Positions 39,905 through 54,385 are shown, numbered from the stretch's first letter. The stretch: DNA of 64,000 bases from Octopus vulgaris (GCA_951406725.2 OX597826.1:41354001-41418000), one strand, 5' to 3'. A program made the numbers and translations. The notes: generated by a model from the letters alone, not told the origin.

Positions 39905-40647
39905 TTATATATACAAACATCATTACCATTCCATGTACAGACACAGAGACATTTACACACTCAAAACACAGCCACAGTTGACTGGCTGGAACTAGTAAAA
40001 GACAGAATATGCCGGAATCATGCCATCACACACACATTCACACACACACACATGCTTGCGCGTATGTACACACACACAGATGCACACTTACTCATTGGCG
40101 CACGCACGCACAAACTTGAAAAAAACCCACCCACACATGGACTCATATGCACAAGCATTTATACAATAATTATATGCATAACCTAAAACCAATGTGCATA
40201 CACACATGTACATATGCACATATGCACACATACGTATACGCACACAAATGCATGCACTCCTAGAGATACAGAGATGCATACGTACACATTTACGTCTAAA
40301 TACGCATCTACGTTTGTATACTGCGCAATTGCTTTAATATACATACACTCTTACATAGTCACATAGTTATGCTCATTTACTATAAATGTATTTGTGTGAA
40401 TGCATCACTCTCTCTCTCTCTTTTTACTCGACCCATCTACCCACATAAAGACTTATGTAAAGTACACCGTACACCCAGTTATATGTGTTTATGCGTATGC
40501 GCGCGTGTGTGTGTGTGTGTGCGTGCGTGTGTGTATATATGGATATAGACATGTACAAATATGTATATAAAAATGTATGAATGTGTGTATATATATACAT
40601 ACACCGCCCCCACACAAACACACACATATATATGTATATACATATAT

Positions 40648-40693
<46 letters not shown>

Positions 40694-40710
40694 GATGTTT
40701 GTATATATAA

Positions 40711-40747
<37 letters not shown>

Positions 40748-40839
40748 CCGGAGTAAACACATAAATGTGAAACAAGGTGGAAAAAAGAGTACTCAAATAC
40801 CAGGGGTAGAGTAATATGCTTTATTTGCTTTTAAATAAA

Positions 40840-40883
<44 letters not shown>

Positions 40884-41482
40884 CTGCGGCGGTGCATCAG
40901 CATGGCCGCAGCTCTTAGCTGAAACTTAAAAAAGAAAATTAAAAAAACGTGTATGTATGAATGCACGCGCGCGCGCATATATATGTACTTGTTTGTGTGT
41001 GTGCGTGCGTGTGCATGTGTGTGTATGCGTGCGTGTGTGCATGTGTATATGTGCAAGTGTGTATGTGTGTGTGTGTGTGTAATTTGATTTAGAATGCCTC
41101 ATATTCAGTATTCAGAAACCTGAAGTCTTTATGGATTTATGGATGATAAATTATGTATGCTTTTATGTATGTATATATAAATGTATGTGTGTGTGTGTGT
41201 GTGTGTGTGTAAGTATACGTGTTTGTATGTGTCTGTGTGTGTTTTGTATGTGCGTAGGTATGTGCGTATGAATATGTGCATCTGTAAACTTCAATGGAGG
41301 TCGTTCAACTTTGAAATGCTAAGCGCCGAAGAAATCTCTCTGTTCTCATTACTGAAGCAGACGACGGACTAAAACAGTTACTGAGGCAATTAAGTCACTT
41401 TCACACGGACACACACAAAACATTTATCATAATGAGACCAACCAAAGCGTCATTAACCAACCTCTTTTTACTTTCAGTTCTT

Positions 41483-41527
<45 letters not shown>

Positions 41528-42079
41528 TCTACATGTAAACATATATTTATTCATTCAAACATACATATTTAGACGCACGCATAAATGCATACATATTAGG
41601 AATTAAAAACAACAGCCAAATTAAAGAACAAACGATCTGATATTGTTGTCTGACAGCACAAAATTAAAACATGCTCAGTTTTCGAAGTCAGCTGTCCTTT
41701 TTGCTTGCAACGAAACAATAAAAGTACAGAGGAAAGAAAGACATCAGTGGACCATTGGTATGGAGTCTGCAAATCCAGTCAGCCACATATATTTTTCAGC
41801 CATTATAATTAAGGCAACACGATATGTAAGCACTCTTCCTGGATTAAAGTTTAGTTGAATTTGGGTTCTTAAAAAAAGAATGTCGGTGATTACAATATTT
41901 GGCACAATAAATGAATCAATATCTGTTATTTAAAGGGTAAACGGTTGCAAAAAAAAAAATGGCGACAAAAAGAACACAGTCATCTTTTCTTTAAAGCTCT
42001 TTTCTTTTTGTCCTTGCCATCGAGTAGTTGGCCGTTCCGAAGCTTTAAATCTCCAACCAGGAAGATAATTTATATGCAT

Positions 42080-42284
<205 letters not shown>

Positions 42285-42959
42285 CCTATTCTTAATGTGT
42301 ATTTTTTCATTCATTTAATAATTGAACGCCACGCAGCCTTTGTCAACTGTAAGAATTTACATTTATCTATAATTTCTGCGACTCTGCGCTCTGTTCCCAG
42401 CCTATTTTCTTTTCTTTCTCTCTATCCTTCTATCATCCCCTATATTTTTTTTCTCCTACTTCTTTGCTGTCCCGTCTGTCTTTCTTTCACTCTCTACTAT
42501 CTTTCTTTCCTTCTCTATTCTCCTCACTACCTTTTGTTTCTCACCCTCTCTCTTGTCCTCCTTCTCCTCTACCTGTTGCTCACACGTAACTATAGGCCAT
42601 TTTTCTTGTCCCCCTGTCGTTTCTGGATTGTCGGCCAGCTAGCCGGATGTCATATCTCTCGCCTCTCGATATTTTTTCTACTCTACTATTTATTCTATAT
42701 CCTTTCAAAATTTCTCCCAGGCGTTACCCATTATAATGCGTCATTGCCCAACGGCCCTTAATGTCTGTCTTCATCGATTGTTTACTTCCATACGTCCACT
42801 CTGGTGCCGTTTGTTCGTTCGATGCCCTAACCATCCACAAATTTTATATTTTAAACATTTCTGGATGCTGCTGTCTGATGAAGTTTTCCTGTCTTGTCGT
42901 TAAAGCACGAAACAAGGAGTAATATCACAGTCGACAACTGAGAAGGGGTTAGACTTCTT

Positions 42960-43560
42960 TTTTGTATTTGTCCCGTTCCTCTTTCGTTTTTTTTACCACT
43001 TCAAATTCCTCCTCTATTCCTGTTGTCTCCTTCTCATATTCCTGCACCACATCATTCACCCTTTCCTGCTCCTCAGACTGTTCCATTTGTTGTTCCTTCT
43101 CGCCTTTATGTGGTCTTTCTCGCTACACAAGGAACATATGGGAGGCCTATTCTCTACTACCACTATCAATCTCATATCTTCGGGTAGGATAATTTCTTCC
43201 GGAATTTTATTCATGTCACTCACACTTGCCTGTACTGCCATTTCGAGTCAAAATCTCCATTAGTTCATTCTTTTCGTTCTTGTTACTTTCAGGATTTTCG
43301 CGTCCTCCTTCATATTGTACATGACTGCGGAAACTAACCATGTTTCATTCAACTCCGGTGGCACTTTTCCCACCCTCACTCTGACAACTCGCTTGCCACA
43401 ATATGTTGGTAGGTGCACCCATTCTTCTGTCTTTATGGCATCAGTGGAATGTTTTATCGCATCATTTTCGCTTGCGAATCGCACCTCCACTGTGCCATAT
43501 CTTCTTCGTCTTGTTATAAACGTGGTGACCTTTTTGACCTCTTAAACACCTCTCAATCTC
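42960..43560 (-). pseudogene. Retrotransposon gag/ORF1-like remnant with degenerate CCHC zinc knuckle
   Basis: Minus: RYGTVEVRF...VRVRVGKVPPEL...IVVVENRPPICSLCSEKDHIKAR (CX2CX4H, last C lost), with in-frame stops. Confidence 0.65.
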
Positions 43561-44024
43561 TTCTATAGTAGCTATTCAGTGTTGGTGATCGTAGTTTTGA
43601 TGGTGATTGTGGTGAAAGCAGAGACAGTGTTGATGATGACGATGGTCGAGATAAATATGGCAGGAGGATAAAATAGTATCGGTGGTTATAATGGCGACAG
43701 GAGCGGTGTGATGTGAGGTGGAAACGAGCTGCTTGGTGGAGGTTTGCGCTTTCCGAGTGCTTTTCTAGTTTAAAGCATGTTGACGTCGATTCTTCTTTTA
43801 ATAAATAATACTTTATAGTTCCGTGTTCATTGTATTTTGTTATTTACATGTGGAAAAGTAAAAAAAAAAGAAAGAAAAAAGAAAATAGACACAAAGAGAG
43901 CGAGACGAAATAACAAGCCGTCGCCGCCAACAGCAAAATCTAGATCAAGGACAATGGTGGCGACGACGACAGCAACAGGAGCAACCATAACAACAACAAT
44001 GGTGACATCGACAGCAGTAAAGCG

Positions 44025-44233
44025 GCACCAGCACCATCAGCACCACCAGCGCCACCAGCACCACCAGCACCAGCACCAGCACCAGCACCACCACAACCAC
44101 CACCAGCACCACCACCACCACCACCGCCACCACCACCGCCACCACCACCACCGCCACCACCGCCACCACCACCACCACCACCACCACCACCACCACCACC
44201 ACCAGCACCACCAGCACCACCAGCACCACCAGC

Positions 44234-44264
<31 letters not shown>

Positions 44265-44340
44265 CCACCACCACCACCACCACCACCACCACCACCACCA
44301 CCACCACCACCACCACAACAACAACAACAACAACAACAAC
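44025..44340. repeat. (CAC/CAG)n-(CAA)n array
   Basis: Directly visible. Confidence 0.95.
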
Positions 44341-44465
44341 TACAAGCTAAGAAATGAAAGGTTTTATGTAAATATTTTCTTATTGCGTAAGATTGAATGA
44401 ATCATCTTTACTAGGAACTATAATAGTTTTCCAAGAAATCCTTCCCCTCTTTGTGTGTGTGTGCC

Positions 44466-44502
<37 letters not shown>

Positions 44503-44967
44503 TTTTATGTGCATACACACACACACACACACACACATGCATGTGCTTTGTGTCCAACTCTCTTTTTGCTCGTCCCACTGCTACGGTACTACTGTAAACA
44601 TGTCTGAATTTCTTGGAAACGCCGGCAGGTCCTTTACCTATTAAATAATTAAGTGGAACATTGACTTTAGAAAAATTTGCTGCAGGTACCTAACTATGAA
44701 ACAATATTTATCACCTGTGGATCATGAAACAGGGACAACTGAAGAAGGGGAATATTCCGTGTGTCTCGTTTCTCCGTTTTTTTTCCGTTGTTTAAAAAAA
44801 AGTTCGTTTCTATGTTTTTGTTTTTGTGTTTTTGTTTCTCATTGTGTTCAACATTTTTTTTTGATGTCCTGTACCCATATATGCATGTATATATACATAT
44901 ATATGTAGGTATGTACATATATGTATGTATATATTTATATATTATATATTATATATACATACATACA

Positions 44968-45030
<63 letters not shown>

Positions 45031-45104
45031 GTGCGCGCGTGTGTGTCTGTGTATATGTATGTATACATACAGTCCTTGCAATATATTTATGTTTCAGATA
45101 TATA

Positions 45105-46364
45105 TTGGGTCATCCCATAAATAACACGGTTTTTTTAATTGCATGAACTAAAAGTCGGAGGGGGACGGGATAAGCTACCTGCATCAACTTGCTATAGAAG
45201 CAAGTGGAAACTTTACCTTGTACTTATTCCTAGTGCAAGGTTTGAAGAGTGTAGTTCGGTTTTAACCGTTATTTTTTTCAAAACTATAATGGAAGTGACA
45301 AAGGAGCATTTTCGGCATGTTTCGCTTTATGAGTTCAATTTAGACAACAACGCAACGGAAAGTGTGAGAAATATTAATGCAATATATGGGGATCGAACAA
45401 TAAGCGTAAGCCAGTTTCAATAGTGGTTCCAGAAATTTCGAGCCAGAAACTACAGCCTAGAAGACGTCCTGGAAGATCTGCAGAGCTCGACGAGGACGTC
45501 CTGCAAACCCTGGTGGAATAAAATCCCATCGTAACTGTTGAACTAGCAGAGAAGCTTGGATTTGGTCATTCAACTATTCATCGACACCTGCGTGCCATCG
45601 GAAGAGTCAGCAATTCGGTCAATGGGTTCCTCACAAACTTTCCGCGCTCAGAGTGAATGTGTGCTCTTCTTTGCTGTCTCATCTCACGGATGAACCTTTT
45701 TTGGACCAAATACTGACTGGTGACGAGAAATGGATTCTCTATAAAAATGTCAAGCGCCGAAGACAGTGGGTAGAGAAAGGAGAAACACCGGTACCCCAGA
45801 TTAAAGAAGGTCTTCACCCATGTAAGGTGTTGTCATCTGTTTGATGGGATATGAAAGGTGTAGTCCACTTTGAATTTTTAAACCCAAACCAAACGATAAC
45901 AAAGGAGATCTACTGCGAGCAGCTTTAGCAGTATAAGTCAGTGCTAGAAGAAAAACGACCATCTTTGGTTTCAAGACGAAAGGTGTTCTTCCATCAGGAT
46001 AATGCTCCGCCACATACAGCGAGGATGAAATTCCAAAGGCTGGAACAGTTTGAATGTGAAACGATGCCCCACCCACCATATTCGTCAGACACTGCCCCAC
46101 CAGATTATCATTTATTCCACAGTCTTTAAAATCATTTGGACGGAAAAAATAGGAATTCTGTAGATGAGGTCAGAACAGTAGTGGAGGAATATTTTTCGTC
46201 ACGGACAAGGGAATTTTGGAAGAGTGGCCTTGCAATTCTACCAGAAGAGCATTCTAGAAAATGAAGGAGAGTATATTTTAGATTAAAAAAAAAGACTTTA
46301 TTTATCTTAATTTTGAAAAATAAAAGAAGTATAAAAGAACCGTATTATTTATGGGATGGCCCAA
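45105..46364 (+). mobile_element. Mariner DNA transposon, near full length, inactive
   Basis: TIRs TTGGGTCATCCCATAAATAA / TTATTTATGGGATGGCCCAA with TA on both sides; 1260 bp. Confidence 0.93.
45289..46286 (+). pseudogene. Mariner transposase pseudogene (DD34D)
   Basis: MEVTKEHFRH..., WVPHKL, ILTGDEKWILY, HQDNAPPH, HPPYSSDTAPPDYHLF (34 residues between D2 and D3); stops and frameshifts. Confidence 0.92.
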
Positions 46365-46682
46365 TATATAGCTCCTTATTTGGTGTATGTATTTGTATAT
46401 TTGTATCATGCCGACACTATATCTTTACATTCCAACTTTATATTTTATTTTTTGTACCTGTACTTTTTTTAATGTAGTTAATTTCATTTTTCTAGGTATG
46501 TATATATCTTCTCCCAAACATACATTTCATTAATCTACATACAGTCACCGCTAATTCATTTTATCATATTTTATCATTCCAAACTTACTTGTTATCACAG
46601 ATTTAAACTCATATTAATTTATGAATATGAGTTCAAAGTCCATTACTTACATTATACTTCCCTCTCTTTTCTTATAACTTTA

Positions 46683-46875
46683 GAGGGTTTTAAATACCTA
46701 GGGTCATATTTGGTGAGGCCAGAAAGCGGTTTTCTTTTATTATTCTGAAGTCAATAGCTTGGACAAAATACAACAATCTGGCTAAGACCTGGACAAGTGA
46801 TTTAAGAGAATATTTTAAAATCAGTATCTTTCGTAGTTTCACTGAGTCACGTTTGTTGTGTGACTCAGGGATTCC
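46683..46875 (+). pseudogene. RTE-type LINE reverse transcriptase C-terminal fragment
   Basis: EGFKYLGSYL then KSIAWTKYNNLAKTWTSDLREYFKISIFRSFTESRLLCDS (cf. KALAW...LNKIWKS.L...KIRLFRA.VES.LLYG). Confidence 0.65.
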
Positions 46876-47096
46876 GCCATGACTTACTTGGGTGGTAGAC
46901 TTAATCCATCACCCGGTTTGGAACCAAAATTACATCTGGTACTTTGGAGCCTTTATCAGAGTCCACTCTGCTGCAAGCATTTGAGGCGAGATGTCCGATA
47001 TGAGGATGCCTTTCCCCCGCCTGGTATTGGAGGACTTGTAAAGGGCGATGGACACTGCATCCTTTTGGAGTAAAAGATAGAAAAAAAACTGCAACA

Positions 47097-47317
47097 GAGC
47101 TGCATGATAGTGGTGTCAGACGTCACACAGAGACCATCATATAACTTGTCCGACATTGCGCTTCTATTCTTCACTTCCGTTTTATTTTGGTGTGCGCATT
47201 GCGTTTTACTTCTCTTCTGTTTTACGAATTCAGTGTGCATATGCGCATTGCGTGCTAATTCTCCTTTCCCTGGTTCCTACTGAAAACTGTTTACAGACCA
47301 TAACCATCTCACGAACG
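47097..47317. repeat. Unclassified dispersed repeat (copy 2, inverted)
   Basis: Reverse-complement homolog of 30342-30562. Confidence 0.7.
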
Positions 47318-48124
47318 TAGTGGATGGTTGTGAAAAAACAAAAAACAAAGCAACAGAAACGTTTCTATAACTGTTACATTGTTGATGGAAAGTACATCCA
47401 GCACTAAAACAAATTTCTTGGGCTTTAGCACAAACAGTGAAGCAACGAAGGGGACAATTTGCTGGTCACTGCTTCAGAATAAAAGATGAGTTAGTGTCAT
47501 CAATAGTCCTTTGATGAATTTAGTCAACTGGTGGGAAAAGTTGCAGGCTATCCTATGCACACGTGAGATTTCAGGTATGCGTTACAAGATCTTGGAGTGG
47601 TAGTGTCTGGGAAGGAATTGCGAGTAGACTCGCCAAATGATGATGATGAGGAGGAAGACGACGACGACGATCATGAAGATGATGATGATGACGATGAAGA
47701 TGATATTGTTTAGACCATCTACTACGGACTAATCAAAAATTATTATCACATTCAACCGCTACATTTTAGTTTTCCTCCCATATACTTCTTCAGTTTGTTC
47801 CTCTTTCTTCTGCAAGAGACCGCAACTGTCATGCCTAGAATATTTACTTCCCACCCTTTAATATTTGTAGGTCCCAAATTTCATGAAATGTGACTAGTGA
47901 ATTCACATTTTATTTACCTACAATACTAGTGTTAACATTCTACTACTAACATTTATAATTTACAAAACACCAAATATATACCTCCCTCTATCCAATAACT
48001 GTTTACTAACATACTCCCATAATCCACTTATCAGAAAAATACCCACAATTCTAGTACTCCAAAAGGCACTTATATGTTAACACCCGTCCTTATAATTAGG
48101 ACACACCGACTATAGTTTAGACGT

Positions 48125-48276
48125 ATGTGGCAAGAAGCTTGCTTCCGAGACACATGATTCCGGATTCAGTCCCATTGCCAGGCACCTTGAGCAAGTGTCT
48201 TCTACTATAGCCTCGGGCCGACCAAAGCCTTGTGAGTGGATTTGGTAGTCAGAAAGTGAAAAAAGTCTGTCGTGTA

Positions 48277-48346
<70 letters not shown>

Positions 48347-48543
48347 AGAATTCACGAAAAAACCCCCCCAAAAAATAAAAGACGAAGACAGGTGGTGTAG
48401 AAAACAAACAGATGTATTAGTATAACGCTCGGGAATTGAAAAACGTCTTTTATGTTTCGAGCCTACGCTCTTCCACAGAAAGGAACACAGAAAGAAACAA
48501 GGAGAGAAAAAAAGTGTGTGTATTGGCTACCGATCTATTATGG

Positions 48544-48589
<46 letters not shown>

Positions 48590-48810
48590 ATATATCTAGG
48601 TGTGTGTGTGTGTCTGTATTTGTCCCGCTTACATCGCTTGTCAACCGATGCTGGTGTATTTATGTCCCCATAACTTAGCGAGCAGCAAAAGAGACCTATA
48701 GAATAAGTAGTAAGCTTACAAAGAATAAGTTCTGGTGTCGATTTCTTCGACTAAAGCCCTTTAAGGTGGTCTCCAGCACGACCGCAGTCAAATGACCTAA
48801 CCCAGTAAAA
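48125..48810 (+). mobile_element. SINE family B interrupted in its TA tract by the hammerhead-like element (48343-48546)
   Basis: Head 48125-48275, tail 48600-48810; insert flanked by (TA)n. Confidence 0.75.
48343..48546 (-). mobile_element. Short pLTR/retrozyme-like element (motif 48447-48482)
   Basis: cttt CTGTGGA A GAGC gtag GCTC GAAA CAT A aaag. Confidence 0.6.
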
Positions 48811-49886
48811 GAATTAAAAAATAAAGAATACACACGCGCACACACACACACAAACGCACGCACGCACATACACACACACAGTTATATTTTTGTTTATTAT
48901 ATAGACTGTGCTGTGAAGTTCTCAGACAACATGTACTCAGCCATAAAACCGATGTATGCAAATTATTAAAATATATGTAATGTATCACTTGTTAAAATGT
49001 TTAAAAAAATGTTAAAAATTTACAGATGCATAAATATATAAAAATATAATACACATATATGGGTAGAAAAACTATACTGATGTATAAAAATATATTAGCA
49101 TCTTAAAAGGTATATATTGTCCTACTTACAGATAAGGAACGTTGTTAAAAAGATATTAAAAAAATATTAAGAAATAAAAGTGTAAATATTCACGAAAAGG
49201 TGAATAAAAAAATGGTTAAGCATCGAGATGGAAGGTAAAGTTTCCAATGATAATATGGTGGTACTCAAATTTCATGAATTAAGTGATGATACTCTGAATG
49301 CCGTTTCAAGGGTACAGTAATCTATACAAATAAAGGATATTCGCAGCCAAATTTGAGACACTGCATCCTTCATCGGGGAGAATGTATTAGTTAAGGATTC
49401 ACATCTCATATACTGTCATAATGAATAAATGAGTGTTTGGTTTTATAAGGAGCTGTACGTGTTAACAGGAATATTATAGCAAAAATTTGTGAGAAGTAAA
49501 TTTAGAAGATATGGTAGATTATAAGCAAGTAATTATTCACTAAGAAGGTTCAGGAGTGCGAGAATAAATGTTAGGTGGAATGTAGTTAATTATAGATTTT
49601 AAATATTGAATGATATTTATGGTTACAAGAGAACATAGCATGAGAGAACTTATTCAATAATGTAGAGTTATATCAACAGAGAATGTTTATAGATTCTTTG
49701 ATACATAATTTACATACACGCATGATTGTATTATACGGAAGGGCTTCTGCTATTATAGAACAAGATAATGAATATTGTATATTCTTTAGCTTAATTTCAT
49801 GTATATATATGGCTAGCTGGTTTTATTGGTGAGTATATGTTGTATTATTATTCTAAATTGTTGAACCTACCTGAACTCTCCTTTTA

Positions 49887-49932
<46 letters not shown>

Positions 49933-50129
49933 CTAACGACAACATTATAATATATATATATATAGATAGATAGATAAGAAATTTGAAAAGCTAAACGCGA
50001 AACCGGTCTTTCTTCTAAACTATGTCATTGTAATAAAAAATTTTTTTAATATTCTTCAGACATATTGACGCAAATATATATATTCTTTAACCTTTAAGCC
50101 TTCTGTAGTTTTTTCACTTTTTACTATTT

Positions 50130-50177
<48 letters not shown>

Positions 50178-50178
50178 A

Positions 50179-50430
50179 AGGGAAAGTTTACGAAAATAAA
50201 CAAAAGACGAAGGCAGGTGGAGTACAAACAAACAAAGTATTAGTATAGCGCTCAGGATTAGAAAAAGTCGTTTACGTTTCGAGCCTACGTTCTTCGACAG
50301 AAATATACACATAAAAAAAACAAGGAGAGAAAAAAATGCGTGTAGTAGCTAACGATCTATCATGGCGTCTTGGCTTCGGACAATGGTCAGACGCGAGAGG
50401 GACAGTAGGGGAGATAACAAGGTCAATTGA
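50179..50430 (-). mobile_element. Short pLTR/retrozyme-like element (motif 50269-50304)
   Basis: attt CTGTCGA A GAAC gtag GCTC GAAA CGT A aacg. Confidence 0.6.
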
Positions 50431-50433
50431 CTT

Positions 50434-51226
50434 CGTCGTTAGTAATGGGTGGGGAGAAAGTTACTGACTCAACAACTACATAAAATATGACTGTTCAGAA
50501 AATTTTTAAAGCGTGCTTTTTTTCGGACTTATGAACAACTGACCAATTATCTCTCGTTCTCTCTCTCTCATTCTCCCTCCCCTCCCTCTCCCTCTATATA
50601 TACATATACATATACATACACACACACGCACACACACGCACATATATATATGTGTACATATTTATGTGTGTTTGACCCTGGGTTTGTCCTCCCAACCATC
50701 ACTTGACAACCGATGTTGGTGTGTTTACGTCTCCATAACTTAGCGCTCCGGCAAAACAGACCGATAGAATAAGTACTAGGGTCGATTTGTTCGATATATT
50801 CTTTTATTATTTCATTTGTTTCAGTCATTTGACTGCGGCCATGCTGGAGCACCACCTTTAGTCAAACAAATCGACCCTAGTACTTATTCTATCGGTCTGT
50901 TTTGCCGGAGCGCTAAGTTATGGAGACGTAAACACACCAGCATCGGTTGTCAAGTGATGGTTGGGGGGACAAACCCAGGGTCAAACACACATAAATATGT
51001 ACACATATATATATGTGCGTGTGTGTGCGTGTGTATGTATGTATATGTATATGTATATATATATATAGAGGGAGGGGAGGGTGAATGAGAGAGAGAGAGA
51101 GAGCGAGAAATAATTGGTCAGTTGTTCATAAGTCCGAAAAAAAGCACGCTTTAAAAATTTTCTGAACAGTCATATTTTATGTAGTTGTTGAGTCAGTAAC
51201 TTTCTCCCCACCCATTACTAACGACG
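50434..51226. repeat. Long inverted duplication (~360-bp arms, 67-bp spacer)
   Basis: 50434-50794 reverse-complementary to 50862-51226, covering non-SINE flank and a SINE-B 3' half. Confidence 0.92.
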
Positions 51227-51232
51227 TGATCA

Positions 51233-51283
<51 letters not shown>

Positions 51284-51765
51284 TAATAATATAGGGTGAA
51301 ATTAATTAATTTGGAATAATCATTAATTTCACCAAGTAGATTTCGGCATGTAAAAAGCCTCATTCGAGGAAAGTTTAAGTAATACTAAGTAATTAAGGGT
51401 TTAGCAACGATTTGCCTCACCACACACCGAATTTAGAAATAGCAGTCAATATATATATATATCGTGATCACGTGACCGACCAGGCTATCAGATGTTGTTG
51501 CACATCGCTGGTCATAATGCGCTTTTGCATTGTTTTAGCCTTCAAATAACGCCACCCCGATGGCTAGGCAAGCAGGCCAACAATCCCTCCTGATCGAAGG
51601 GGGGATTGGAACAATGTGAAATGAGGTGTTTTGCTCAAGAACACAACGCTCTGCCCAGTCAAGAAATCGAACTGCAGGAGCCTAACAACTAGGCCACGCG
51701 CATTCACCCCCCTCAACAACGAATATATAAATTTGTGTGTATATGTTTGGGTGTAAATATATAAG

Positions 51766-51873
<108 letters not shown>

Positions 51874-51914
51874 GTCTGTCTGTCTAAAATCACTCACCAT
51901 CTCCTTATATACAA

Positions 51915-52588
51915 CTAGCAGTATCGCCCGGCGTTGCTCGGGTTTGTAAGGGAAATAACTATATAAGCATTTTTAGAGAGTTATAGCAAAAAAATTAGCA
52001 AAGAAATGCATTAAAAATGGAATAAAAAATGATGGTAATTTTTTTTTTTAATCGTTGACTCATCATAGACATTTTTAGAGAGTTACTTCTCTTATATAAT
52101 AGCGAAAAAATGCATTAAAATGGAAAAAATGATGGTAAATTTTTTTAAAATCGTAGACTCATCGTAGACGCTTTCTTAGCCATTTCTGTTTTGGTGTCTT
52201 CAAGCCATGAAGTCGTTGTTCTAAAAGAACGCTGGTCTCCTTGACAATGCTTTACGACGTTGATTTCCTTACACTCCCTTCCCCACAGCTTCACGAGGGA
52301 GGGAAGAAGGGGGAGAAGCAAACAGGTGTAGGTGTGACCATGGACGCCAACTCCGCCGCCATCGACACACGAAAAAATATGCGTTAAAATGGAATAAAAA
52401 ATTATGTTAAATTATTTTTTAAATCGTAGACTCATCGTAACGCGCGCTAATACTCAGGCGGGCTCGATATGAAGCACGACTATAAGATACCCAGTTTTGG
52501 TTAAACTGCACCGCAAAATGTGGGAGTAGTTAGGAATCTAAATCGTAGGAGACAGACACTCACACAACTACAGTTTTATATATATAGA
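51915..52588 (-). mobile_element. Non-autonomous Helitron
   Basis: A|TCTATATATATAAA ... CCCGAGCAACGCCGGGCGATACTGCTAG|T. Confidence 0.8.
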
Positions 52589-52799
52589 TTATGTGTTCAG
52601 TACATATAAATTTTTCCCTCAGTTTCTAATTATGGAATTATGTTCAAATAATTTCAGATTTTGTCCGTTTTCCCTAATTAGGTTTCCAGTAATTATCTTG
52701 AAACTAAAGACAACGGTAACGGCTCCGGACTATATAATATTGTCTTCTCACGCCAACGAAGCTTTCCTTCCTTCTGTGCTTCTCTTCCTCGCCTTTTTC

Positions 52800-52917
<118 letters not shown>

Positions 52918-53116
52918 CGCACACGCACACAGATCATGATAACTTTCTTAATGATTTTTTAAAACAAATTGCAAAGACATAACTTTGGCATTTTGGTCAG
53001 GCATCGGTACCTTTCTGCAATGAGAAATAAATAAATAAAAGCTTGCAATATTGTAACTGGTATTGAGTGCTATACACTGAAGTTTGTAGTATATTTATCT
53101 TGCAAACACTCACATT

Positions 53117-53326
53117 CATACATACATACATACATACATGCATACATGCATGAATGCATACATACATACATACATACATACATACATACATACATACATA
53201 CATACATACACACATACATACATACATACCTGCATACATACATGCATACATACATACACACATACATACATACATACCTGCATACATACATACATACAGG
53301 CATACATACCTGCATACATACATACA

Positions 53327-53360
<34 letters not shown>

Positions 53361-53561
53361 CATACATACACACATAGATACATACATACATACATACATG
53401 CATACATACACACATACATACATGCATACATACATACACACACACATACATGCATACATACATACACACATACATACATACATACATACACACATACATA
53501 CATGCATACATACATACACACGTACATACATACACACATACATACATACATACATACATAC

Positions 53562-53592
<31 letters not shown>

Positions 53593-53652
53593 CATACATA
53601 CATACATACATACATACACACATACATACATACATACAAGCATACACATACA
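53117..53652. repeat. (TACA)n degenerate tetranucleotide array
   Basis: Directly visible. Confidence 0.95.
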
Positions 53653-54332
53653 CAGAAATACTCCTGCATATTTACGTGTGTGCGTGTGTGTACGTGTGTT
53701 ATGTGTGTGCGTGCATGTGTGAGTGTGTGTGTGTGTAAGTGTGTGTGTATGAATTCATTAGTAAAAATATAAATATGGCCCATTTTGAATATTTATATTA
53801 TTATAATTAGTCTTTCTCTCGCCCTGAAACATATATATACTCATACACACACAGACTCACTCGCACACACATGCACACATACACATATATACATATATAC
53901 ACATATAAACACAAACTCATAAATATTCGAAACATGTATGTGTTTGTGGGAATGTGTGTGTGTGAACGTAAATGTATGTATGGATGTGTGTAAATGTACG
54001 TATATGTATAAATGTATATTTGTGTGCCTGTGTGTGTGAATGTATGTGTGAATGTGTATGTATGTGTGTGTGTGTGAATACATTGTAGCTATTTAATTGT
54101 GTGTGTTTGTGTGGGTGTCTCAATAAACATTATGCAACTCGTTTTTCAAGTGAGGCGCTTTTAATGTCACATGTCTTGGAATGTGATTTGGAGACAGTGG
54201 AACCGACACATTGAACTCTCTCTCTCTCTCTAACACACACACACATATACGCATACACACTGAGCACACATACGCATATGCACATATAAGCATGCATGCA
54301 TGCACACACGCTAGTATTTATATATGCATAAA

Positions 54333-54385
<53 letters not shown>

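Noticed and set aside
42870-42940. Hammerhead-like CTGATGAAG...GAAAC
   Set aside because: Could not build consistent stems I-III with an NUH site; at best degenerate
44738-44765. CTGAAGAAGGGGAATATTCC hammerhead-like start (also CTGATGAGG at 21411, GAAACCGGTC at ~49999)
   Set aside because: Only half of the core is present in each case
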